A stretch of DNA of 32,000 nt from Methylorubrum extorquens (GTDB taxonomy: Bacteria; Pseudomonadota; Alphaproteobacteria; Rhizobiales; Beijerinckiaceae), in the NCBI GenBank assembly GCA_900234795.1, contig LT962688.1, positions 4,110,001 to 4,142,000 on the forward strand, in the 5' to 3' direction. A program made the translations under genes and the position numbers. Position 1 is the stretch's first letter. The number at the start of each line of letters is the position of its first letter. Shown in pieces: positions 16,856-30,904 of this stretch. The notes under the pieces were generated by a model. It did not search any database. It saw only the letters and a list, made by a program, of their open reading frames with translations, and was not told the origin of the DNA.

Positions 16856-17027
16856 GGCTGCATTCCTTCGGTTTCGGCGCGAGGCCGGACCTCAGGAGAT
16901 TGCGTGCAGCGCTACCGGAGTCTTAAGGCCCGCCGGTTGTCCCCCGGGGACGGCCGCCAGCCTCACCGATCCGTAAAGATACCCTGAAGAGTTTTCGCGA
17001 ATTCGCATCGCTCGATCGGTTCTGCGA

Positions 17028-17054
17028 GGATGGCCGCCCGCCGGACGGCCATCC
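17028..17054 (-). terminator. Hairpin downstream of thiC.
   Basis: ggatggccg pairs with cggccatcc across a 9-nt loop, a 9-bp stem, 18 nt past the thiC stop. There is no U-tract. Confidence 0.35.
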
Positions 17055-17071
17055 CGCATTTCACGCGCGGC

Positions 17072-19142
<2,071 letters not shown>

Positions 19143-19401
19143 TCCAACCTCTGCTTCGGCGCGATCCTTGTCAATCCATCGCCGGAACGGGTCGATTCGG
19201 AGGAAAGATTTTTCCGTTTCGGAAGACGGCCGCTGTCACGGCGGAAAAGCTTGACCGTTTGCCGGGGATTCGAGACACGGTTTCGACGAAAAACTCACCA
19301 ATTGAGCCAGGAAGCCCCCTTTGGCGACCCCGCGCTGCGGCTTGGGTGTGGATGACGCCCGGTCTGCGGGTGGCCATGCGCCCGCCTTTTCGCGACACAC
19401 G

Positions 19402-19665
19402 ATGGCGATGAGCACGGTCATCCCTTTCCGCCGCCCCCCTGCCCCCGCCACGCCGGCCCGCGCCGGCTGCGACGTGGCGGCTGTCGCAGGCGACCTCCTG
19501 GACGTGCTCGATCAGCTCGAAGGGCTGGTGGCGCGGGCGGCCGTCATGGACCGGCCGCGGATCGAGGTGGAGCGCAGCGTGCAGCACCTGCTCGATGCGA
19601 TCAGCGCTGTCGAGCGCGCCTCCGACACCCTGGGCGAGGGCAGCAGCATCTCCGAGCCGGCCTGA
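19402..19665 (+). CDS. Hypothetical small protein
   Basis: MAMSTVIPFRRPPAPATPARAGCDVAAVAGDLLDVLDQLEGLVARAAVMDRPRIEVERSVQHLLDAISAVERASDTLGEGSSISEPA has strongly GC3-biased codons. I do not recognise the family. Confidence 0.45.
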   Translation: MAMSTVIPFRRPPAPATPARAGCDVAAVAGDLLDVLDQLEGLVARAAVMDRPRIEVERSVQHLLDAISAVERASDTLGEGSSISEPA

Positions 19666-19788
19666 GGATCAGGCGCCTCCGGCGTCCGGCCCGGTCTCCC
19701 ACGTTTTTCTATTCCCAGATTACGCGCGGCATCGTCCTGACGCGTGTCGGCGGCTTTGCGGCCCGATGACGGGGAAGGTGGGGAACGC

Positions 19789-20469
19789 TCACGCACCGAC
19801 GTGCAGCACGCTCGCCATGATCGTCCCGTAATGGCAGGCGGTCGCGGCCAGCACGAAGGCGTGCCAGATCGCGTTCTGGAACGGCAGGCTGCGCCAGACG
19901 TGGAAGACGACGCCGCCCGAGTAGAGCAGGCCGCCGATAGCGAGGAGCCACAGGGCGGACGGGGTGAGCCCCGAAATCACCGACTCGTAGGCGAGGACGC
20001 CGCTCCAGCCGAGCATCAGGTAGAGTACGATCGAGACACGGTCCCAGCGGCCGGGCATCAGGATCTTGATGGCGATGCCGGTGAGCGCGACCGTCCAGAT
20101 CAGGGCGAGCAGCGTCCAGGCGACGGGACCGGAGCCGACCAGCGCCACGACCGGCGTGTAGGTGCCGGCGATCATCAGATAGATGAAGGCATGGTCGAAA
20201 CGGCGCAGGATCCACTTGCGCGGACCCACCGGCCACATGTTGTAGGCGGCGGATGCGCCGAGCATCGCCAGCAACGCGGTGGCGTAGACCAGCAGAGAGG
20301 CCCGTTCGATCCACCCGAGATGGTTGAGGGCCGCCGTCACGACCAAGCAGATCGCGCCGAGAAACCCGAGGGCGATGCCTGCGATATGGACTACACCGTC
20401 CGCCCGCAATTCACTGGGCGTGTAGTTCCATGTCAGCGCAAGCGGGCGTCCGTCCTCGGCCAGAAACAT
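19789..20469 (-). CDS. Hemolysin III / PAQR family membrane protein
   Basis: The 226-aa product has seven predicted TM segments. The motifs ...SAAYN..., ...RRFDHAFIYLMIAGTYTP... and ...FHVW...NAIWHAFVLAA..CHY are characteristic of the Hly-III/YqfA family. Confidence 0.9.
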   Translation of the reverse strand: MFLAEDGRPLALTWNYTPSELRADGVVHIAGIALGFLGAICLVVTAALNHLGWIERASLLVYATALLAMLGASAAYNMWPVGPRKWILRRFDHAFIYLMIAGTYTPVVALVGSGPVAWTLLALIWTVALTGIAIKILMPGRWDRVSIVLYLMLGWSGVLAYESVISGLTPSALWLLAIGGLLYSGGVVFHVWRSLPFQNAIWHAFVLAATACHYGTIMASVLHVGA

Positions 20470-20691
20470 CCTCTGCTCCTGTGTTGGCGAGGTATTTAAT
20501 TCTATAGAGCGCCGAGTCGTTCCATCGCCGGACTACCGAGGGCACGGTCTTCCACCGAAATTGTTGCGGCGACGACTGGAACCCACCTTTTGCGCCTCGG
20601 GGTAAGCCGATTTCTATGCTGCGGCGCAGTCGGCCAAGGCTCCCTTCCGAGCGTTCCCCCAAGCATCGAAGCCCATCGCGATGGTTTCATG

Positions 20692-20717
20692 AACCTGCCT
20701 CGGCCGCGAGGCAGGTT
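20692..20717 (-). terminator. Hairpin downstream of the heme A synthase gene.
   Basis: aacctgcctcg-gccg-cgaggcaggtt is a perfect 11-bp stem, about 55 nt past the stop at 20771. Only TTT follows it on the plus strand, and there is no U-tract on the minus strand. Confidence 0.35.
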
Positions 20718-20770
20718 TCGCGCCAAACCGGTCGAAGGGTACCAAACCGGTCGCAGGGCGCAGAGCCGGC

Positions 20771-21919
20771 TCAGGCGCCGCGGCCGGCGAGTGCCTCCAG
20801 CCCGATCGGCACCTCCGCCCCCGTGGGCGCGGTGGCGGCGGGCACGCCGCGGGCGAGACGAGCATGGACGGTCGCCATGATCAGCACCGCCATGGCGAAG
20901 ACCTGATGCGCGAGCCCGGCCCAGAGCGGCACATGCAGCAGGAGGGTCACGATGCCGAGACCCATCTGTGCCGTTGCCAGCGCCGCCACGCCCATCGCCC
21001 GGCCCGCCGCGGCGCTGCCGGACGCCGTACGGGCGGCCTGGATCGCGTGGGCGATGGCCACCACCACGACGAGATAGGCGAAGAGGCGGTGGTTGAACTG
21101 CACCAAGGCGAGGTTGTCGATGAAGTTCTCGATGAAGGGCACCTTGTCGAACAGCACCCGGGCCGGCGGCACGAGGACGCCATCCATGTCCGGCCACGTG
21201 TTGTAGAGGAGGCCCGCCTTCGAGCCGGCCACGAGCCCGCCGAGCCAGATCTGAACCAGCACCAGGGCCGGCAACAGGCAGGCGACGACCCGCACCGGTT
21301 CGGGCGCCGGAGCGAGCGCCCGGGCGCGGGTGCCGGCGGCAAGCCAGACGAGGCCGGCGAGGATCAGGCTCGCGGTGGTAAGGTGCAGGGCGAGCTTGAG
21401 CGGCGCCACCGCCGTCATGCCGGGCTGGAGGCCCGAGGCCACCATGATCCAGCCGATCGCGCCCTGAAGCCCGCCGAGCAGGCCGAGGCCGAGGAGGCCG
21501 GTGAGAAGGCGACGCCCGAGCATGCCGCGGGCCCAGAACCACGCAAACGGCAGGAAGAACACGAGGCCGACGATCCGCCCGAGCAGGCGATGACCCCATT
21601 CCCACCAGTAGAGCGTCTTGAAGCCGTCGAGCCCGATCCCCTGGTTGAGGATACGGTACTGCGGCGTGTCACGGTACTTGTCGAACTCCACCGCCCAGTC
21701 GGCGGCGTCGAGCGGCGGGACCACGCCGGTCACGGGCCGCCACTCGGTGATCGAGAGGCCGGAGCCGGTGAGCCGCGTCGCGCCGCCGACAGCGACCATC
21801 GCCACGACGAGCACGGCGAGCAGATAGAGCCACGCGCGCACCGCGCCGTGCCCGGGGCGGTAGGAGGCCGCCGGGACGGCGTCGAAGCGGTCGAGGGTCG
21901 GATGGGTCGACAGTCTCAT
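20771..21919 (-). CDS. ctaA: Heme A synthase (COX15/CtaA)
   Basis: The 382-aa polytopic product reads ...VGGATRLTGSGLSITEWRPVTGVVPPL...EFDKYRDTPQYRILNQG...FKTLYWWEWGHRLLGR...FNHRLFAYLV...H...LAHQ, matching the COX15 family. Confidence 0.93.
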   Translation of the reverse strand: MRLSTHPTLDRFDAVPAASYRPGHGAVRAWLYLLAVLVVAMVAVGGATRLTGSGLSITEWRPVTGVVPPLDAADWAVEFDKYRDTPQYRILNQGIGLDGFKTLYWWEWGHRLLGRIVGLVFFLPFAWFWARGMLGRRLLTGLLGLGLLGGLQGAIGWIMVASGLQPGMTAVAPLKLALHLTTASLILAGLVWLAAGTRARALAPAPEPVRVVACLLPALVLVQIWLGGLVAGSKAGLLYNTWPDMDGVLVPPARVLFDKVPFIENFIDNLALVQFNHRLFAYLVVVVAIAHAIQAARTASGSAAAGRAMGVAALATAQMGLGIVTLLLHVPLWAGLAHQVFAMAVLIMATVHARLARGVPAATAPTGAEVPIGLEALAGRGA

Positions 21920-22296
21920 GGTCTCGCGCGTCAGGTCCGGCAGCCGGGAATGTTCGGGGTGGCTTACGGGAAGCGGGACCCTGCGCGCAACGCGGCCTAT
22001 GGCGCAGGCAGGGGAATCGCACGAGGCGATCCCCCTTCTTCATGCCGGCCTCAGACGCCGGCGCCCGCCTCCGCGGAACGCCTCGGCCCCTTGGGCTTTC
22101 GCTCCGCTCGACGCCTTGGCTGAGCCAAGGCCCGCTCCGCGCGACGCTCTTCGCGTCGCGAAGCCGCAATCCGCGGCTTCGCGCAATTGCCCCATGACGC
22201 AGGCTTGCCGCGTTGCAGGGCGCGAGCAGGACCGGTACGACCCGTTCCGGCGCCCGCCGCCGGGCGCTCACCCACGAACGCGAGAGATCCAGGCCC

Positions 22297-23076
22297 ATGC
22301 GCCGCCGCACGCGCACCCTGCTCGGAACCTTCGGTATCCTGGCCTTCGTGATCGTCTACGCGCCGCTTGCCATGGCGCTCGCCGACAGCCGCATCTCGGA
22401 AACTCATCCGGCGGTGCAGACGGTGATCTACTCGATCCTCGGCATCGCCTGGATCTTCCCGCTGATGCCGCTGATCCGCTGGATGGATCGGCCGGACAAT
22501 CAGCGCATCGTCCCGAACGGTGGCCGCCGGCTTTCGGACACGGTTGAACGCAGGCGGCCCCTTTTTTCGCCGCACTCCCTGGCGAGAAGGCGGGACGTCC
22601 TACGCTCAAGGTTCGTCTCCGAAGGTCGCCCGCCGCCCATGCGCCCCTCCTCGCGCCGCCCCGCGCTTTCGTTCCGTCCGTACCTCCTCGCCGCCTCGCT
22701 GATGCTCGCCGCACCGATGGCCGCCGAAACCGCGGCCGCGCAGGGCACGCCGCGCTCGATGGCGGAATGCGAGCGGCTGAAGAACGACCTCGCCTACAAC
22801 CAGTGCCTCGCCATGTTCGGCCCGCCCGCCCGGAACGTCGCGAGCGGCGGCTATGTCAGCGGCAACGACGCCTCCAGCACCTCCTCGGTCGCCTCGACCG
22901 CGACGATTCCCGGCATCCCCTCGATCGAGGAGCCCGATATCGAGCCGGCAAGGCGCCGGGGGCGGCGCTCCGGCCGCCGCGGCCGGGCCAGCGCCAGCTT
23001 CGATGTCGGCAGCGCCGATGCCGGGGCGGGGGAGTCGGAGGGCGGCTCGTCGCGCTCGCGCCGTCGGCGCCGCTGA
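22297..23076 (+). CDS. DUF2842-like small membrane protein with no stop codon, open in frame into a downstream signal-peptide protein with an Arg-rich tail (that protein's internal start is at 22639).
   Basis: The N-terminal roughly 70 codons, MRRRTRTLLGTFGILAFVIVYAPLAMALADSRISETHPAVQTVIYSILGIAWIFPLMPLIRWMDRPD, fit DUF2842, the usual neighbour of ctaA. No stop codon follows. After 46 non-coding-looking codons that include a GC stem plus T6 (22522-22567), the ATG at 22639 opens MRPSSRRPALSFRPYLLAASLMLAAPMAAETAAAQ... with a signal peptide, ending ...SRSRRRRR. Confidence 0.55.
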   Translation: MRRRTRTLLGTFGILAFVIVYAPLAMALADSRISETHPAVQTVIYSILGIAWIFPLMPLIRWMDRPDNQRIVPNGGRRLSDTVERRRPLFSPHSLARRRDVLRSRFVSEGRPPPMRPSSRRPALSFRPYLLAASLMLAAPMAAETAAAQGTPRSMAECERLKNDLAYNQCLAMFGPPARNVASGGYVSGNDASSTSSVASTATIPGIPSIEEPDIEPARRRGRRSGRRGRASASFDVGSADAGAGESEGGSSRSRRRRR

Positions 23077-23088
23077 GGCGGCCTCCCC

Positions 23089-24141
23089 TCACGCGACGTT
23101 GAGCCGCCGCCCGCGGTTCCAGGCCAGGAACGGCACGCCGGAGAGAAGACTCGCCAGCGCCGCGTCGCTCTGGTGCAGCCCGTTCACCGAAACCCGCGGC
23201 AGGGCGTGGCCATGGTCCGCGTGCCCCGCGAACAGATGGCCCGGCCGGGTCGTCACCGCGGTGGCAAAGCCCAGTCTTTTTGCCGTTTCAAATTCCCGCG
23301 TCCCGGCGGAAGTCGGATCGCCGACGGGATAGGACAGGTGGCGCACGGGGCGGCCCAGCTCCGCCTCGATCCGCGCGCGGCTCTCGGCCATCTCCCGTTC
23401 GGCGAAGGCGGCGTCGTGCTTGGCGAGCATCGGGTGCGAGAGCGTGTGCGCGCCGATGCAGACGGCCGGGTCGCGGGCGAGATCGCGCAGTTCCCCCCAG
23501 CTCAGGCAGAGTTCGCGGGCGAGCCCGCCCGGCTCGAACCCGGCCTCGCGGCATAACCGGGCAATCTCGTCGAGCAGGACCGGCTCCGGGCCGGCGCGCA
23601 GGGTGCGATAGACCGTCGCGAAGGCGGCCGTCTTCTCCGCATCCGTGCGGGCCGGCAGGATGAGGCCGGAGCCGAGCCGCACCGCGTCGAGCCGGGCCAC
23701 GGACCGCTCCAGTTCGAGCCACCACAGCCGCCCGCACCCCTCAGCGAAGTCGCTCGTCACGAACAGCGTCCACGGCGCCCCGTGTCGCGCCAGCACGGGC
23801 CGGGCATGCTCGACATTGTCGCGGTAGCCGTCGTCGAAGGTCAGCACCGCGAAGGGTTTTCCGCTTTCCGGGGCCGCGAGCCGCTCGGGGACTTGGTCGA
23901 GGCCGATGAGTTCGAAGCCGCGGGCGGCCAGCAGCGCCAGCGTCCGCTCCAGGAAGGCGGGGGTGATCGACAAGAGGGCGTTCGGGGCGAAACCCGGCAC
24001 CGGCTCGGGGCGGACATGGTGGAAGGTGAGGATCACGCCGCGCCCGCGGGTGGCGGGGGCGAGCCAGCGGTCGGCGCCCGTGGCGGTGATCGCCCGAAAG
24101 CCGGCGCGGAACAGGCGGTGTCGGGTGCGGGGCGAGAGCAT
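23089..24141 (-). CDS. Polysaccharide deacetylase (CE4 / NodB-homology) family protein
   Basis: The 350-aa product contains ...VILTFHHV...AVLTFDDGYRDNVEHARPVLARHGAPWTLFV...IGAHTLSHPML...LSYPVGD..., with the TFDDG and H-x-x-x-H CE4 motifs. Confidence 0.88.
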   Translation of the reverse strand: MLSPRTRHRLFRAGFRAITATGADRWLAPATRGRGVILTFHHVRPEPVPGFAPNALLSITPAFLERTLALLAARGFELIGLDQVPERLAAPESGKPFAVLTFDDGYRDNVEHARPVLARHGAPWTLFVTSDFAEGCGRLWWLELERSVARLDAVRLGSGLILPARTDAEKTAAFATVYRTLRAGPEPVLLDEIARLCREAGFEPGGLARELCLSWGELRDLARDPAVCIGAHTLSHPMLAKHDAAFAEREMAESRARIEAELGRPVRHLSYPVGDPTSAGTREFETAKRLGFATAVTTRPGHLFAGHADHGHALPRVSVNGLHQSDAALASLLSGVPFLAWNRGRRLNVA

Positions 24142-24347
24142 GGCCCGTCTCGGCTCGAAGCACCGGGCGGCCCCGGCATCGCCTTGAGCCTAGCGACGGA
24201 CGCGAAAAGCTTTCGTTACCCATCCCCGCAGATCGGCCGCCCGCATCAACCGAGGCTTGAGGACGAACCCGGCAGGATCGCCCGGAGGCGGTTGTGCGTG
24301 GCTGCCCGTCCTGGCCGTGACGGGCGCCCGCAAGGGGAGATGTGGGA

Positions 24348-25550
24348 ATGGCGGCTCTCGCCGAAGATCTGGGGCGCCCCGTACGGGCGGGGCTGCGGGG
24401 CCATGGCGGCCTCACCGCGGAGGTGTTCTCCGATCTCGCCGCGGTCGAGGGGCTGTGGCGGGGGCTGGAGGCCGACCCGGCTGTCCTGATGACGCCCTAC
24501 CAGCGCTTCGACTGGGTGGCGGCCTATCTCGGTGCCGGGATCGATGCCGGCGAGGCGACGTGCATTCTCGTGCTCCGCGACGCGCATGGACGCGCGCGGG
24601 TGCTGATCCCGCTCACGGTCGGGCGCCGCGGCCCGTTGCGGGTCGCGCGGGTGGTCGGCGACCGACACGCCAATTTCCACATGCCGCTCTTCGCCTCCCG
24701 CGAGGCGGCGGCGATGCCGGCCGAGGATCTGACCGAAGCCCTGATCCGGGCCGGCCGCGCGGCGGGGATCGACGCCTTCGCGCTCCGCAACCAGCCGCGC
24801 GTCTGGGACGGCACCCCGAACCCGCTGGCCGGAGGCGGTCTGCCGGCGCCGAGCGACGCCTACGGCATGCTGCTCGGCCCCGACGCCGAGGCCACCCTGC
24901 GCCGGGTGTTCAGCGGCGACACCCGCAAGAAGCTGCGGGCCAAGGAGCGCAAGCTCGTGGAGTTTTTAGGCGCCGTCGAGCACCGTGTCGCCGAGACGCC
25001 GGCGGCGGCCGCCGAGATCCAGGCGGCGTTCTACGCGCAGAAGGCCGCGCGCTTCGCCGATCTCGGCATCGCCGACCCCTACGCGGAGGCCGACATCCGC
25101 CGCTTCATCGCTGCCGCGACGGCCCCGGACGCGGATGGCGGCGGCGCGGCGATCGAGGTTCACGCCCTGGTGGCGAGCGAGAGCGGGCGCATCCTGGCGA
25201 CCTTCGGCGGCGCGGTGGACGGCGCTCGCTTCTGCGGGATGTGGACGTCCTTCGACACCGATCCCGAACTCGGCCGGTTCAGCCCCGGCGAGATCCTGCT
25301 GCATCGGCTGGTCGGCCATCAGGCCGCGCGGGGCCGCCGGGCGCTCGACCTCGGCGTCGGCGAGGCGGGCTACAAGGCCAAGACCTGCGACGAGACCATC
25401 GAACTCGTGGAGCAGACCGTGCCGGTGAGCCCGGCAAGCCATGGGCTCGTGCTCGCGTCACGGCTCGCGGTGCGGCTCAAGCATCGGATCAAGCGCTCGC
25501 CGCGAATCTGGGCGGCGGCCCAGAGCCTGCGTCGGCGGCTGCGACGCTGA
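24348..25550 (+). CDS. CelD/BcsL-like GNAT acetyltransferase (FemAB-like fold)
   Basis: The ATG at 24348 lies 8 nt after GGGGAG. The product contains ...TPYQRFDWVAAYL...GDRHANFHMPLF...RKKLRAKERKL...FYAQKAARFADLGIADPY...FSPGEILLHRLV...LDLGVGEAGYKAKTCD, the pattern of COG5653-type acetyltransferases. It is divergent from the deacetylase gene. Confidence 0.78.
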   Translation: MAALAEDLGRPVRAGLRGHGGLTAEVFSDLAAVEGLWRGLEADPAVLMTPYQRFDWVAAYLGAGIDAGEATCILVLRDAHGRARVLIPLTVGRRGPLRVARVVGDRHANFHMPLFASREAAAMPAEDLTEALIRAGRAAGIDAFALRNQPRVWDGTPNPLAGGGLPAPSDAYGMLLGPDAEATLRRVFSGDTRKKLRAKERKLVEFLGAVEHRVAETPAAAAEIQAAFYAQKAARFADLGIADPYAEADIRRFIAAATAPDADGGGAAIEVHALVASESGRILATFGGAVDGARFCGMWTSFDTDPELGRFSPGEILLHRLVGHQAARGRRALDLGVGEAGYKAKTCDETIELVEQTVPVSPASHGLVLASRLAVRLKHRIKRSPRIWAAAQSLRRRLRR

Positions 25551-25560
25551 GCGAGACGGC

Positions 25561-25776
25561 TCAGAAGCCGCGGTTGGCGATGGTGGGCAGCGAGGGCTGC
25601 GTGTAGGCGCGGTTCACGTCCCGGCGGGTCTGGGTGCCGTTGGTGTCGGAGGAGTGCCGGTAGTTGCTGGTCTCGAAGGCCGAGGCCAGGCCGGGACCGC
25701 CCGAATCGGTGCTGTTGCAGGCCGACAGCCCGCAGGCGAGGAGTGCGGCGGCGAGGACGAGCAGCGTGGAACGCAT
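25561..25776 (-). CDS. Small putative lipoprotein
   Basis: The ATG at 25776 follows AGGAAG. MRSTLLVLAAALLACGLSACNSTDSGGPG... has a lipobox (L-S-A-C) and is 71 aa long. The rest of track ORF 25561..26883 is antisense to metH. Confidence 0.6.
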   Translation of the reverse strand: MRSTLLVLAAALLACGLSACNSTDSGGPGLASAFETSNYRHSSDTNGTQTRRDVNRAYTQPSLPTIANRGF

Positions 25777-25851
25777 CGGGACTTCCTGTCGAAGGCGGGT
25801 CAGCCCCGCGGGTCGTGACGGCAGGCGTGCCGCGCGCGCCCGCCCCTCGGC

Positions 25852-25897
25852 AAGGAAAAAGTCGCGGCGCGGGAGCGTTGCTGTGCGATCCCGCGCC
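25852..25897 (-). terminator. Rho-independent terminator of metH
   Basis: The minus strand has a 9-bp stem, GGCGCGGGA...TCCCGCGCC, followed by GCGACTTTTTCCTT. It starts 23 nt past the metH stop. Confidence 0.55.
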
Positions 25898-25919
25898 ACC
25901 TGTGACCTATTCGGCGTGA

Positions 25920-29672
<3,753 letters not shown>

Positions 29673-29872
29673 GTCGGACGATCCTGGGATGTTCCGGGAC
29701 GGCGATGGCCGAAAGTGTCGGCCGCATCAACCCACCTCAGCCTGAGGTGCCGGAGCGAAGCGGAGGCCTCGAAGGCCCCCAGAAAACGCGATCGCTCCCA
29801 GCCCCTTCCTTCGCTGCGACCGCGGCGCGGTCACAGTTCGGGATGAGGTTCAGGAGCGCGGTGACGAGGGGG

Positions 29873-30805
29873 TCAGGCCGCCTTGGCTTCCGGCTTCACC
29901 GCCGGCTTGGCCGGCGCCTGGGAGCGCAGGCCGAGAAGGTGGCAGATGGCGTAGACAAGATCGGAGCGGTTCATCGAGTAGAAGTGGAAGTCCTCCACGC
30001 CCTCGTCGACGAGGTCGAGCACCTGCTCAGCGGCGACCGCGGCGGCGACGAGACGGCGGGTCTCGACGTCGTTCTCCAGACCCTCGAACCGAGCCGCGAG
30101 CCAGTACGGCACCGAGGCGCCGGTGCGGCGGGCGAAGTTGGCCGCCTGCTTGAAGTTCTGCACCGGCAGGATGCCGGGGATGATCGGGATGTCGATACCG
30201 GCCGCGCGCACCTTGTCGCGGTAGCGCAGATAGATCTCGTTATCGAAGAAGAACTGGGTGATCGCCTGATCGGCGCCGGCATCGACCTTGGCCTTGAGGG
30301 CCTCGATGTCGGCGTCGAGCGAGGCGGCCTCGGGATGCTTCTCCGGATAGGCCGAGACCGAGACCTTGAAGTCGCCGATCCGCTTGATGCCGGCGACGAG
30401 GTCGCAGGTCTGCGCGTAGCCGCCGGGATGGGGCCGGTAGCTGTGGCCGACGCCCTCGGCCGGGTCGCCGCGCAGGGCCACGATGTGGCGCACGCCCGCA
30501 TCCCAGTAGGACTGCACCACCCCGTCGATCTCTTCCTTCGTCGCATCGACGCAGGTGAGGTGGGCGGCGGGCTTGAGGCTCGTCTCGCGCACCATGCGCG
30601 CCACGGTGTTGTGGGTGCGCTCGCGGGTGGAGCCGCCGGCACCGTAGGTCACCGAGACGAATTTCGGCTGGAGCGGCGCGAGACGCTCGATCGAGGACCA
30701 GAGGATCTTCTCCATCTCCTCGGTCTTCGGCGGGAAGAACTCGATCGAGACCCGGATCGGGCGGAAGCCGTCGCGGCTGGCGCGGTGTTGGGAGGCGTTG
30801 GGCAT
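29873..30805 (-). CDS. metF: 5,10-methylenetetrahydrofolate reductase
   Basis: The 310-aa product reads ...VSIEFFPPKTEEMEKILW...FVSVTYGAGGSTRERT...HLTCV...ALRGDP...ITQFFFD..., a typical MetF, directly upstream of metH. Confidence 0.95.
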   Translation of the reverse strand: MPNASQHRASRDGFRPIRVSIEFFPPKTEEMEKILWSSIERLAPLQPKFVSVTYGAGGSTRERTHNTVARMVRETSLKPAAHLTCVDATKEEIDGVVQSYWDAGVRHIVALRGDPAEGVGHSYRPHPGGYAQTCDLVAGIKRIGDFKVSVSAYPEKHPEAASLDADIEALKAKVDAGADQAITQFFFDNEIYLRYRDKVRAAGIDIPIIPGILPVQNFKQAANFARRTGASVPYWLAARFEGLENDVETRRLVAAAVAAEQVLDLVDEGVEDFHFYSMNRSDLVYAICHLLGLRSQAPAKPAVKPEAKAA

Positions 30806-30904
30806 CTCTTCGTCCCTTCTCCTGGACGTCTGTCGTGGTGTCGGTCGTCGATGGAAGTCGGCTTGAACCGTGAGGCTCGGACCGTGAAGCTTGGATCTTG
30901 AGGC

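Noticed and set aside
16997-17006. The GCGAATTCGC / TTCGCGAA overlapping palindromes between thiC and flaG.
   Set aside because: They are short (8-10 bp), contain a restriction-site-type palindrome that can occur by chance, and have no supporting promoter elements nearby.
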